Source: a virus. From it: DNA of 64,000 bases. The position numbers were made by a program, and so were the translations under genes. The notes below the pieces were generated by a model. The model saw only the letters and a program-made list of their open reading frames with translations, had not been told where the DNA came from and made no database searches. The stretch covers positions 96,001 through 160,000 of the IMG/VR virus record IMGVR_UViG_3300042887_005324; one strand, given 5' to 3'. Below, one piece after another: positions 9,139-19,128 of the stretch (the stretch's first letter is position 1; each line of letters opens with the position of its first letter).

Positions 9139-9201
9139 ATTTTATATCAACATAGTTATAGGCTTCAAATATATAAATTATAAATTCAATTTCAAAATAA
9201 A

Positions 9202-10071
9202 ATGTTAAAATTATCCGAAAAAGTTGGACAAACTCCTTTAATCAAAATCTCTGAAAAAATTTACGCCAAATTCGAAGGTTCAAATCCAAGTGGTTCTATC
9301 AAAGATAGAATGGCTACTTATATAATAAACCATGCTGAAGAAAATAATCTTATTAAAAAAGGTGATACTATTATTGAGGCAACATCAGGCAACTCAGGTA
9401 TAGCATTTGCTTTTCTAGCTGCCGAAAGAGGATACCATTGTAAGATTGTTATGCCAAGAAATATGTCTGAAGAAAGAAAACAAATGCTGAGATTATACGG
9501 TGCTGAATTGATTGAAGTCGATGATGGTAAATTTGACGACGCAATTGCTCTTAGAGATAAATTATCCATTGAAAATGGATGGTTTAATCCTAAACAATTT
9601 AATAATCCACTGAATATAGAAGCTCATCAGAAAACAACCGCAGTTGAGCTACTACATCAACACACAGAAGAAATATCAGCTTTTATAGATGGAACCGGAA
9701 CTGGTGGAACTTTAATGGGAATTAGTTCAATATTAAAAAATCATCATCCAGATATTAAAACAGTTGCAGTCGAACCAGCAGAATCACCAGTAATGTCAGG
9801 TGGTGAACCAGGTCTACATGGAATTCAGGGAATTGGTGATGGCTCAAAATTCTTAGTTGATTTGAATAAAGTAGATGAAATTATTATAATCTCAACAGAA
9901 GAAGCCAAAGAAAGAGCAAGAGCGTTAGCAAAAGAAAAGGGATTATTAGTAGGAATTAGCTCTGGTGCTAATATTTTAGCAGCTGAAAGATTTGTAGAAA
10001 AATATCAACCAAAAGGTAATGTTATAACTATTCTATGTGATAGAGGTGAAAGATATTTATCATGTTTATAA
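9202..10071 (+). CDS. cysK: PLP-dependent cysteine synthase
   Basis: NPSGSIKDR (PLP lysine), EATSGNSG, GTGTGGT, CDRGERYLS. Confidence 0.93.
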   Translation: MLKLSEKVGQTPLIKISEKIYAKFEGSNPSGSIKDRMATYIINHAEENNLIKKGDTIIEATSGNSGIAFAFLAAERGYHCKIVMPRNMSEERKQMLRLYGAELIEVDDGKFDDAIALRDKLSIENGWFNPKQFNNPLNIEAHQKTTAVELLHQHTEEISAFIDGTGTGGTLMGISSILKNHHPDIKTVAVEPAESPVMSGGEPGLHGIQGIGDGSKFLVDLNKVDEIIIISTEEAKERARALAKEKGLLVGISSGANILAAERFVEKYQPKGNVITILCDRGERYLSCL

Positions 10072-10072
10072 A

Positions 10073-10082
10073 TTAATATATA
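10073..10082 (+). promoter_or_regulatory. putative late promoter TTAATATATA
   Basis: 5 nt before ATG 10088. Confidence 0.5.
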
Positions 10083-10087
10083 CTATT

Positions 10088-10684
10088 ATGAAATGGATGA
10101 AAAAATTTGAAACATTTGTTACTGATCTTAACAGAGATACAGAAACAACTGATTATGTACCAAAACATAATCCAGTATTAAGACAAGTTGCTACTGAATT
10201 TGTAGATTCTTTACTAAAAGGTAATGATTATGATAAACTATTCAAATTGGTTGGTATGGAACTTCCTAAAGAAATTGAAGGTTCAGAACTAGACGAGTTA
10301 TTTGATGAAGTCAAAGATAAAGCAATCGAATTCTTTATTGATAATCCAGAACAAATTGGTAAAGATATTACCCTAAAACAATTTAGTGTTAATGGTGGGG
10401 ATGGTATACCAAGAGTTCAAAACAATTTAGGTGGTTCAAGTCATGCTAACTCTTTAATAATTGGTGAAAGTAAATCAAACTTCGACACTGAAGTTGAAAT
10501 ATCTGAAGACGATATGCAACAATTTCAAAACCAAGAACCACTAATAGAACTAATTAGAAAAAACAAAATAGGTTTAGGTAATAAGAAAGTTCACTTCAAC
10601 AAAAAAGATGAAGAAACTATTAAAACTTTAGATATCTATTTTGAAATAGATCAAAAAGATTTAGAATCTGATATAGAAGAATAA
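10088..10684 (+). CDS. hypothetical protein, possible internal head protein
   Basis: likely start MKWMKKFETF after the late motif; avoids overlap with cysK. Confidence 0.65.
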   Translation: MKWMKKFETFVTDLNRDTETTDYVPKHNPVLRQVATEFVDSLLKGNDYDKLFKLVGMELPKEIEGSELDELFDEVKDKAIEFFIDNPEQIGKDITLKQFSVNGGDGIPRVQNNLGGSSHANSLIIGESKSNFDTEVEISEDDMQQFQNQEPLIELIRKNKIGLGNKKVHFNKKDEETIKTLDIYFEIDQKDLESDIEE

Positions 10685-10690
10685 AAAATT

Positions 10691-10716
10691 AAACCTCTCA
10701 ATCGAGAGGTTTTTTT
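10691..10716. terminator. intrinsic terminator
   Basis: AAACCTCTC-AATC-GAGAGGTTTTTTT between convergent genes. Confidence 0.65.
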
Positions 10717-10961
10717 ATATCATCAATCCTTTTAGACAAATCCGTATCCTTTTGAGTTACTCTACCTTCATCATGAGTAACTAATGTTATCTTAACTTTA
10801 TTATAATTCCAATTAATTTCTGGGTGATGATTCATTTCTTCTGATAATTCAGCAACCTTATTAACAAAATCTAAAGCTTCATTAAAATCCTTAAAAGAAA
10901 ATTCTTTTACAATTTTATCTTTGCCACTCCAATCAGATTCAAACAATTTGATATATTTCAT
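10698..10961 (-). CDS. phhB: pterin-4-alpha-carbinolamine dehydratase
   Basis: FKDFNEALDFVNKVAELSEEMNHHPEI...LVTHD...TQKD. Confidence 0.88.
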   Translation of the reverse strand: MKYIKLFESDWSGKDKIVKEFSFKDFNEALDFVNKVAELSEEMNHHPEINWNYNKVKITLVTHDEGRVTQKDTDLSKRIDDIKKPLD

Positions 10962-10977
10962 TAAGGTATATATTAAA

Positions 10978-12207
10978 TTATGACTTCAAATTGTTCCAAA
11001 GTATCTGATAGATATCTTCAATCTGGTCATATCTAATTCTGATGAGATTTATATAATTATCTTCACAATAATCATTTTTAATTTTGTCGTTGATTTTAAG
11101 AGATTCATAAGCCTTTACGCCACCAAAGAATTCCATAGGTTGATAATGTTGTTTGCCATCAAACTCAATACAAGTTCTTTTACTTGGTATGTAGAAATCA
11201 AATGGTAGTTTATATCTTTTACCAGCACATCCATCAAATCTATGCTGCCTAATATAATAAATCTTATATTTATTTAGGAATTTTGCAATTAACTTTTCAC
11301 CTCTGGACTCCGAGCAACTATTACACCCAAATCCTTGAAGATGTGAGACGGGTCTTTGTTCAAAATCTCCATGTATTGGACAAGTTATTAGTAATTTGGT
11401 CTGATTATTTATATAGACTGACTTATCATAATTATATTTATTGTCATGTACTCTAGATGATATTTCCTTGAATTCCTCAATTGTTCTTCTTTTTTTAACA
11501 TTTTCTATTAAGCCACTTGAATATAAATGAGCTCCAGCTTTTTGCTCATAAATTATCCCATTGTATTTAATTTTTACCTTTTTTTGAATTCCTTTGTATT
11601 CGACCAAAGAATAGTCATACTTATTCCCATGTCTTTGATAGCATTTTTTGATAAAATCATCGGTATTTTTTACATTTTGACTTTCACATTTATATCCAGA
11701 TAGATGTTGAGATGGCGTTTGGTAGTAGATATTATTTTTATATAATATCACAACATCTACATGAGAGCCTTTATATTCCACAAGTGAGTAGTCATATTTA
11801 TATCCCCAGATTTTACGAGCATCTTCGATAAATTCGTTCTTAGTTCTTAATTTCTTTCCTTTTTCTGGACATCTACCCATAAGATGTTTGCTTGGAGATT
11901 GTAAATATTCAGTATTATCTAATATGATTATGACATTACTTTTCATATTTATGAACTTTGTTTTACCATAATCATATTTATCACCATGTATTTTCTTTGA
12001 TTCAAAGATGAATCTTTCTGTACTCCATCTAAGCTCACATAGTTTACCAAGTAAATGATCTTCTGGTTTTTGTTCAAAAATCCAATCGTCATAAATTATT
12101 TTAACTTTTGATTTCATATTAACATAATTTACTAGTGAATAGTCATATTTATTTCCATAAATTTCCTTCGATTTATTTATGAATTCTTCGTTAGTCATTT
12201 TTTTCAT
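10978..12207 (-). CDS. putative homing endonuclease (repeated HGxKYDYS DNA-binding modules plus C-terminal PD-(D/E)xK/Vsr-like domain)
   Basis: five FI...GxKYDYS-type repeats, CPIHG, LPFDFY...IEFDGKQHY. Confidence 0.8.
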   Translation of the reverse strand: MKKMTNEEFINKSKEIYGNKYDYSLVNYVNMKSKVKIIYDDWIFEQKPEDHLLGKLCELRWSTERFIFESKKIHGDKYDYGKTKFINMKSNVIIILDNTEYLQSPSKHLMGRCPEKGKKLRTKNEFIEDARKIWGYKYDYSLVEYKGSHVDVVILYKNNIYYQTPSQHLSGYKCESQNVKNTDDFIKKCYQRHGNKYDYSLVEYKGIQKKVKIKYNGIIYEQKAGAHLYSSGLIENVKKRRTIEEFKEISSRVHDNKYNYDKSVYINNQTKLLITCPIHGDFEQRPVSHLQGFGCNSCSESRGEKLIAKFLNKYKIYYIRQHRFDGCAGKRYKLPFDFYIPSKRTCIEFDGKQHYQPMEFFGGVKAYESLKINDKIKNDYCEDNYINLIRIRYDQIEDIYQILWNNLKS

Positions 12208-12342
12208 AATTTATATATAAATCTATCACTTCTTCATTCCCTCTTTTTAATAAAGTTTTTGTAATTTTTTTTTAATTTTAATAAAACACAAAACAGGTGA
12301 TTTGGAAGTTTATATATAAGTTATAAAAAATTAATTCATAAA

Positions 12343-13566
12343 ATGGCAAAAACTAAAGAAGTTAAGAAATTTGAGTTCAGTAAAGTTGGATCAATATTAG
12401 ATAATATTGCTAAAACAGTACCAGTTCAAATTAAAAAAGAAATTAAAGAAAAAGTATTTATTACTACTGGTGTTTACTTATTAGATGCAGCTTTATCAGG
12501 TAGATTATTAGGAGGTGGTGTTGCTAATAATAGAATAACCGCGTTTGCTGGTGAATCTGGATCAGGAAAATCATTTCTAGCATACTCTTGTGCAAGACAC
12601 GCCCAAAAATCTGGATATTCAATTATTTACATTGATACAGAACAAGCAATTGACTTAGAAGATCTTCCTAAATTTGGAATTGACAACTCATTAGAAAAAT
12701 TTAGATTAATCTCTTCAAATAAAGTAGAAGATGTTAATATCTTATTAACACAATTAATTGATGAACTTAAAGAACAAAAATTAGGTGGATTTGAATTACC
12801 AAAGCTAATGATTGTACTTGATTCATTGGGACAAATGGCTTCTAATAAAGAAAAAGAAGATTTATTGAAAGGCGATATCAAACAAGATATGACTAAAGCT
12901 AAAGCATTAGGTTCAATGTTCCGTTCAATCAATACAGATTTAGGATATTTAGAGATTCCAATGCTAGTATGTAACCATACCTATCAGACTTTAGATCTCT
13001 TCAGTACAGAAAAATTGAAAGGCGGTAATGGCCTTCTATATTCAGCTTCAGTAATTGGTTTCATGAGTAAATCAAAATTAAAGACTTCTGAGGAAGATGA
13101 GATGGATTTGGGAGCATCAGGTATTACTGTACTTTTCAAAACGGCTAAAAACCGTATGGCTAAACCAAAGAAAATCAGGTTTGATATTTCATTTATACAT
13201 GGTATGAATCCATATACTGGATTAGATGCTTTCTGTCGTCCAGAATATTTTAATCAAATTGGTATCGCTCAAGGTAAGGCAGAAGTTGATAAGTCAACCG
13301 GTGAATTTAAATTCACACCAGGTGGTAACCGTTGGTATGTTTCTCACTTAGATAAATCATTCACAACAAAACAGTTATTTACTTCAGAAATCTTTACACA
13401 AGAGGTTCTTGAGAAAATGGCTCCAATTGTTAATGATTATTTCCGATTCAAATCATTAGATGAAATTGAAGAAACTGAAAAGCAATTTAACCAAATGATA
13501 GAAGATGATGGAACTGATGATAACGGTTTCTCAGATAGTTTAAGTGCAGATGATTTGTTCAACTAA
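12343..13566 (+). CDS. uvsX: UvsX/RecA-like recombinase
   Basis: Walker A AGESGSGKS, IDTE, IVLDSLG, NHTY, GGNG. Confidence 0.88.
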   Translation: MAKTKEVKKFEFSKVGSILDNIAKTVPVQIKKEIKEKVFITTGVYLLDAALSGRLLGGGVANNRITAFAGESGSGKSFLAYSCARHAQKSGYSIIYIDTEQAIDLEDLPKFGIDNSLEKFRLISSNKVEDVNILLTQLIDELKEQKLGGFELPKLMIVLDSLGQMASNKEKEDLLKGDIKQDMTKAKALGSMFRSINTDLGYLEIPMLVCNHTYQTLDLFSTEKLKGGNGLLYSASVIGFMSKSKLKTSEEDEMDLGASGITVLFKTAKNRMAKPKKIRFDISFIHGMNPYTGLDAFCRPEYFNQIGIAQGKAEVDKSTGEFKFTPGGNRWYVSHLDKSFTTKQLFTSEIFTQEVLEKMAPIVNDYFRFKSLDEIEETEKQFNQMIEDDGTDDNGFSDSLSADDLFN

Positions 13567-13583
13567 AAAGTTAAAAAAGTAAG

Positions 13584-14372
13584 ATGGAAATATCCGAAAA
13601 ACTTAGACACATCTATAATTATAATAATTTTGTAGATTTAATAGTAGAGGGATTGATACACACATATCCAATCAAGACTACAATTAAATTAATAAAAAGA
13701 GAATTAAATGGTATTAAATCAAAAATCGATATAGAAGAAGAGACTGGTACGATTTTTCTAAAAGGATACTCGAATCATTTCAATAAAGATAATATCATTC
13801 AATTAATAAGAGTTATTACTTTGTGTGGGTATTTTCCATCTATTTTTGAACTTTATGATGAAGATGATAACTTATTGAGGTCATTCAATTACAAATCAAC
13901 AAATGATAAAGAAAATGAGATATTTTTGTCTAATTTATTATTTGAGATTCAAAAATCATATTTTACTCAAATAATAATTGAATCTAAATTCAATCAAAAT
14001 ATTACTAATATACCAAATAAGCTTTATCATGTTGCTCCTTACACATTTAGAGACAAAATATTGGTAAAGGGTTTATCACCAAAAACATTAAGTAAGAAAG
14101 CATATCATCCGGGTAGAATATATTTGGGATTTAATCTTCTGATAACTAAAAATTTAGCTTATCAGTTTGAATATAAAGGAGAATATGTCTTATTTGAAAT
14201 CGACACAGAAAAAATAGGAGTAAATAATCTAAAATTAAAAGATTATATTCAGATCTATGATGATCCAGATTTTCCTAAAAATGGCTGCTATACAAATGAA
14301 AATATACCTCCAAATTGTATAAAAGAAATTTTAAAATTTAAAAATACTAACGATGAAACAAAAGGTTTATAA
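13584..14372 (+). CDS. putative ADP-ribosyltransferase-fold (Tpt1/KptA-like) protein
   Basis: C-terminal LYHV...ILVKGL...IYL...IDT...YTNENIPPNCI pattern. Confidence 0.45.
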   Translation: MEISEKLRHIYNYNNFVDLIVEGLIHTYPIKTTIKLIKRELNGIKSKIDIEEETGTIFLKGYSNHFNKDNIIQLIRVITLCGYFPSIFELYDEDDNLLRSFNYKSTNDKENEIFLSNLLFEIQKSYFTQIIIESKFNQNITNIPNKLYHVAPYTFRDKILVKGLSPKTLSKKAYHPGRIYLGFNLLITKNLAYQFEYKGEYVLFEIDTEKIGVNNLKLKDYIQIYDDPDFPKNGCYTNENIPPNCIKEILKFKNTNDETKGL

Positions 14373-14550
14373 TATTTTGCGAGAAAAGAATATTGACTAT
14401 AAAAAATTCAATATTGATACATTATGTGATGCGGGTATTAATAACATTGTAAACAACATAGAGTTTTATTTTGATAAACCTTATTCATGTGAGTCAGTTT
14501 TCAAAGAACTATTTACAAGGGGAGTAATTAATTATATAAATTCTAAGTAA
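14353..14550 (+). CDS. hypothetical protein
   Basis: 65-aa ORF ending just before a terminator. Confidence 0.5.
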   Translation: MKQKVYNILREKNIDYKKFNIDTLCDAGINNIVNNIEFYFDKPYSCESVFKELFTRGVINYINSK

Positions 14551-14554
14551 AAAG

Positions 14555-14584
14555 AAAACCTCAGATTAATCTGAGGTTTTTTTT
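14555..14584. terminator. bidirectional intrinsic terminator
   Basis: AAAACCTCAGAT-TA-ATCTGAGGTTTTTTTT. Confidence 0.75.
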
Positions 14585-15036
14585 ATTGAAGATATTTTAT
14601 GTCTAAATATTATAAAAGACCAGAAAAATACTAAAAGTAAATTATAGAAATAATTAAACCATTCTATATTATAGACTGTCTTCAAAAAAATATCAATAAT
14701 TAGAAATGAAATTATCAGAAATATAAGATACTTAAAGAATGTATTAAAGGTATCTTTAAGTAAGTATAATTTTAATTTATTAATCTTTGAAAATAAACTA
14801 TATTTTGTAAGAGTGTCGAGTTTTTGATGTCTATAACATTTCTTACAAAGTTGATAGTTACTTTTATTCTGAGATAATATCAAGAGCTTTTGATGTATAT
14901 CCAGTTCAATTATTTCTTTACAAGAATAACACTTTTCGCCTAATTTTAGTTCAAAAGTAATATATTCACTTTTACGAGCAAGCATTGAGTAATAAATAGC
15001 AAAGAATAAAGGAATTAAAATAGTAAGGATAATCAT
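14566..15036 (-). CDS. membrane protein with CxxC pair
   Basis: three hydrophobic segments; CYSC and CKKC. Confidence 0.6.
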   Translation of the reverse strand: MIILTILIPLFFAIYYSMLARKSEYITFELKLGEKCYSCKEIIELDIHQKLLILSQNKSNYQLCKKCYRHQKLDTLTKYSLFSKINKLKLYLLKDTFNTFFKYLIFLIISFLIIDIFLKTVYNIEWFNYFYNLLLVFFWSFIIFRHKISSIKKTSD

Positions 15037-15485
15037 TTCAAAAGTGAATTTAACAAATGATTTCTTTTTTCAACTTTATTGATAGTCTTAAAACATTCTG
15101 GTCCGAATCCTGTTTCAATAGATTCTGGAACAGTTAATTGTCTACCACATTTACCACATTTACCATCGTGGTAAATCTCAATTAGTTCTGATAGTTGATT
15201 TTTTTGTAATTTATCAATTACATAAGTAAAAACTTTAACAGATTGTGAGTCTTGTTTAATATGAGATTTAATTGAATGTTTATAAACATTGTTTTTAACT
15301 GATCCGATAAATGTATAGGTATCGGGATTAGTCAAAACATTGACAAAGTAAAGATCGTATATTTTATGTTTGACTACTTTATAGGTGAATCTATTTTCGG
15401 TACTAGTATTTAAGAAAGTAACAAAAGATTTACCACCAAAGATAAAGTTTAAGGCTGATTCGTGTTTTATTATTCCAGATACCAT
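15033..15485 (-). CDS. DUF6011-like Zn-finger protein
   Basis: CGKCGRQLTVPESIETGFGPEC; start MVSG follows TATATTTG (15505-15512); ends KRNHLLNSLLK. Confidence 0.7.
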   Translation of the reverse strand: MVSGIIKHESALNFIFGGKSFVTFLNTSTENRFTYKVVKHKIYDLYFVNVLTNPDTYTFIGSVKNNVYKHSIKSHIKQDSQSVKVFTYVIDKLQKNQLSELIEIYHDGKCGKCGRQLTVPESIETGFGPECFKTINKVEKRNHLLNSLLK

Positions 15486-15565
15486 ATTATTTATGATTAG
15501 ATTACAAATATAACTAAAATTTTTCAAAGAAAAAAGGAAAACATGAGAAGTTTATAAATAATATT

Positions 15566-16264
15566 ATGAAATATAATCTTATTGGAATTGACCCTTCATT
15601 GATTTCTACTGGTGTAGTTATTAATGGTAAAATGTTTAATTATTGTCGTGAAAGTGATGCTACTTTATCTAAAGGAGGATTTAGTAAATGGTTCAAGCTT
15701 TGTGAAGGCAAAATAGAGTTAAGATATATTAAATATCGTGAATTTGAAAATTATTCAGAGGGTGAACTAACTAAATTAAAAGATTATGATTTTATAACTG
15801 ATATGATCATTTCTGACATTGAAAAGAATATTGATAAGTCTTTAGAAAGTAAAGTAGCAATTGAGGGTTATAATTTTGGAGCACAAGTAGGTGATTTAAT
15901 TGATTTAGTTACTTTTTCAACATTACTCAGAAAAAAGATTTACGATTATATTACTAAAGACATTACTGTTTTATCGCCATCTACCTTAAAACAAGAATCA
16001 TGTAAGTTAACTTATAATCCAGTTGATATTGGTAAGAAAAAACCAAAATTAGAATGGAGAAATCATTTTGGGATTTCTGGAGGTAATTTCACAAAAAGAG
16101 AAATCTTTTTATCAATTGTTGAAAATAGTAATTGGACAGATGAATGGGCACTACATTGTAAGGATATACAAGTAGATTTATTAGAAAATAAGACTATTAA
16201 AAAACCTTATGAAGATGTCAATGATGCTTATATTCTTTGGCAGTATTTAAATAAAATCAGTTAA
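15566..16264 (+). CDS. RuvC-like Holliday junction resolvase
   Basis: IGIDPS, AIEGY, DVNDAY; exact TATAAATA at 15553-15560. Confidence 0.7.
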   Translation: MKYNLIGIDPSLISTGVVINGKMFNYCRESDATLSKGGFSKWFKLCEGKIELRYIKYREFENYSEGELTKLKDYDFITDMIISDIEKNIDKSLESKVAIEGYNFGAQVGDLIDLVTFSTLLRKKIYDYITKDITVLSPSTLKQESCKLTYNPVDIGKKKPKLEWRNHFGISGGNFTKREIFLSIVENSNWTDEWALHCKDIQVDLLENKTIKKPYEDVNDAYILWQYLNKIS

Positions 16265-16290
16265 AAAGTTAATAACTTTTTCGACTTCGA

Positions 16291-16596
16291 CTAAAAGCCA
16301 TAGTCATTTAATAGTTCGATTAATCTATCTTTAAAATCTGTTTTACCATGTTGAGAAGACAGTATACCTTGAATAGTTCTATCAGCTAAAACTTTTCTTT
16401 CTTCGACTTGCTCATCTAGCTGTTTTTGTTTCATAGATTTTTCTTCAAGTTCAGAAAGGTATTTACCAGAAGTTTCTTTTCTTCTTTTTTCGATTTCTTC
16501 CAATCTTGCTTTTTCGAAGTCTTCTCTTGCCTTTTGTTGAAGTTCAAGTTGTCTTTTATAATCGAGTTCTTCGTTGAATTTAGATAAATGTTTCAT
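16291..16596 (-). CDS. hypothetical coiled-coil protein, possible internal head protein
   Basis: starts MKHLSKFNEE; AATATATA upstream. Confidence 0.6.
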   Translation of the reverse strand: MKHLSKFNEELDYKRQLELQQKAREDFEKARLEEIEKRRKETSGKYLSELEEKSMKQKQLDEQVEERKVLADRTIQGILSSQHGKTDFKDRLIELLNDYGF

Positions 16597-16627
16597 ATTG
16601 TATATATTTAGTTTTAATATTAAAAAA

Positions 16628-19123
16628 TTATCGTCCTGGTACTACAAAACTTGGATCTACTGGAGTATTACCAGTTAAAGGAGTTGATAGGAAATGACCG
16701 TGTAAAAGGCCTTTAGGTGATCCGTTTGGTAGATTATTGTAATAATAAACTCCTTGTAAGTTGAAATTGGTTCCAGTAAGAGAAGTAATACTTTCGTTAT
16801 TATTAATTATTAATCTACCTGGCTGAGCATCAATATTTCTTACAACAGAAACATTTCTTACATTTACAAATTTAGCAAATTTTTCACCACCGTTATTTTC
16901 TTCTTCTTGAAACCAAACATAAAAGAAACTTGCACCAGTTGTAGTAGTGATGTTGCAAAATCTATCTGGTCTTCCAGTAAAAAACTCATCCATAATAAGT
17001 GTAGCACCAGGAACTACTAAAACATTTTCTAACGGACATCTGTTGAATCCAATTAGTCGAGTTGAGTTAAGTCTAAGAGTAGCGTTTCGACTAATAACTC
17101 TACCTCTATTATAAGTTAAAGTACCACTGTAACTAAATGTTTTACCAGCTTGAAATGTCACTGATTCAGCGTCTATTATAATAGGTAAACTAAAACTTGG
17201 AGTTGAAGTAGCTTGATTGTCTATTGTAACTTCACCAACTAAATAGATTGATGATGTTCCAGAAAAGCTTGGAGCACTACCAGTAAGTATTAAACTTCTA
17301 AATAAGTATATTGGATTAACATTAATACTAGTTAGTGTGGTTGTTACACCCATAGAAAGTGTCCTAGCTTTTACTATTGATGTAAAATTATGTACACCAT
17401 TTATCAATGTCAAATTGTTTAATAATATTTCACCTGGACTAAAAGTTACTATATTATTGGCATATTTTGTCATTGTATTGTTATTAGTAAAGGCATCAAC
17501 ATACCCTTTTATCCATTCAAAATTGTGAACAGCAAAATAACTACCACCCAGTGTTATAACACCATTGGTATCAATTACAACACCTTGTGTTGCTCCGTAT
17601 CCAGTCAGAAAACTAGAAATAGTAAGTGTTCCAGTACCAACCATTCGAATGACTGTTTGATAAATATTTGATGACCCAGTGACTTGGAAACTACCAGCAA
17701 CATAAATAGTATTATTAGAACTTGTTATTCCTATTATTGAACTTGTAAGTAAGCTACCAGTCAGATAAAGATCACCTCTAGTTATTAACTGATGTGAACC
17801 ACCGCCACCAGCGTATGTTATGTTAGCAAAAGTCATACCTGGAGTATCAAAAATTGTAGTATTAGTAGTCATAACTATTGTACTATTAGTGGTAACAAGG
17901 TTTCCCGCAACATATCGTAATGTTCCACCATCAAAGTAAACTGTTCCGGATATTCTTCTAGTACCTGATGTATTGAATTCGATTAAACCTCTATTTCTAA
18001 AAGTAGTACCACCATTCCCCAAAACACTTCCAACACTCCAAGTACCTGTGCCAACAAGTTTTATATCCGCTCCTCCTGCTAATCTTGTAGCGTTCCCCCA
18101 TTGTTGTAGATTTTGATTGACCGAGATTGTTAAACCAGTTGGTAAGAGACTACAGTTCAGAGTTGTTGAGCCAATATCAAAATTGAGAACATCTAATGAG
18201 TTTGGTAAAGTAAGTGTTTGACCAGTATTATTATAATAAAGACTTCCAGTGAGATTATTATTAGCATCAGTAAAAAGTAAACTATAAGTTCCAAGAGAGA
18301 ATGAATGTAAAGCTCCACTGCTTCCTAAAGCTAAGTAACCACCGATTCTTATATTATTATTCGATGTTAAAACTCCTCCCAGGTTCCAGTTAACTATATT
18401 AAAAACTGGATTAAAATTTACAAATGACATAGAACCATATAAGTGAAAAGTTGTAGTTGTTGGTGGTGCTATTGTACCAGAAACAACAGTAATGGTTGGT
18501 CCACCATATCGAACAGTTGAACCAAAAGAAAAAGTACCAGAAGAATTTATATTTACCGGTAATCGAAAATAACTTGTACCAGAAGTGTGTGACCAGCTAC
18601 TACTTGCTACAATTCGTGTGGTTCCAGATGGTACTACACCAGCGGATGGTTGACTATCAATATTGGTACAAGATATTGTAAATCCATTTATTGTGGCACC
18701 GGATACTTGACTTGATATAGTGAGTGTTGTAGTTCTCCAATCATCTAATAAATTACTGTTGGTACCACCTCTAAATTGTAATGATGGGAAAAAAACTCTA
18801 TTTGACCTAAAATTACCGCTACCATTTATAGTAAAGAAATTTGCACCAGCTATACTCATGGTTTGACTACCGGTGAAACCATTATTCACAGATAAAGGTT
18901 GTGTTAAAGTGAGTGTACCTGAATAACGAGTACAATCTAAAGTTCTGACTGTGAATCCTCCTGCGACATTGCTTGTAACATTACCACTTGCTGCTTCAAA
19001 TATGACATCATCTGTTGATACAGGTGTGCCAGTCACTCCAGTATAGGTAGGAGATGGTGTACTACTCCAACTTGAGGTAGCGTTCCAGTTTGTAGATGTA
19101 TTTCTAAGGTAATATAGTGCCAT
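16628..19123 (-). CDS. beta-rich fibre/adhesin-like virion protein
   Basis: 831 aa, G/T/S/N-rich; N-terminal W...W...P...DDVIF motif; lies in the fibre cluster. Confidence 0.6.
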   Translation of the reverse strand: MALYYLRNTSTNWNATSSWSSTPSPTYTGVTGTPVSTDDVIFEAASGNVTSNVAGGFTVRTLDCTRYSGTLTLTQPLSVNNGFTGSQTMSIAGANFFTINGSGNFRSNRVFFPSLQFRGGTNSNLLDDWRTTTLTISSQVSGATINGFTISCTNIDSQPSAGVVPSGTTRIVASSSWSHTSGTSYFRLPVNINSSGTFSFGSTVRYGGPTITVVSGTIAPPTTTTFHLYGSMSFVNFNPVFNIVNWNLGGVLTSNNNIRIGGYLALGSSGALHSFSLGTYSLLFTDANNNLTGSLYYNNTGQTLTLPNSLDVLNFDIGSTTLNCSLLPTGLTISVNQNLQQWGNATRLAGGADIKLVGTGTWSVGSVLGNGGTTFRNRGLIEFNTSGTRRISGTVYFDGGTLRYVAGNLVTTNSTIVMTTNTTIFDTPGMTFANITYAGGGGSHQLITRGDLYLTGSLLTSSIIGITSSNNTIYVAGSFQVTGSSNIYQTVIRMVGTGTLTISSFLTGYGATQGVVIDTNGVITLGGSYFAVHNFEWIKGYVDAFTNNNTMTKYANNIVTFSPGEILLNNLTLINGVHNFTSIVKARTLSMGVTTTLTSINVNPIYLFRSLILTGSAPSFSGTSSIYLVGEVTIDNQATSTPSFSLPIIIDAESVTFQAGKTFSYSGTLTYNRGRVISRNATLRLNSTRLIGFNRCPLENVLVVPGATLIMDEFFTGRPDRFCNITTTTGASFFYVWFQEEENNGGEKFAKFVNVRNVSVVRNIDAQPGRLIINNNESITSLTGTNFNLQGVYYYNNLPNGSPKGLLHGHFLSTPLTGNTPVDPSFVVPGR

Positions 19124-19128
19124 ATCTA

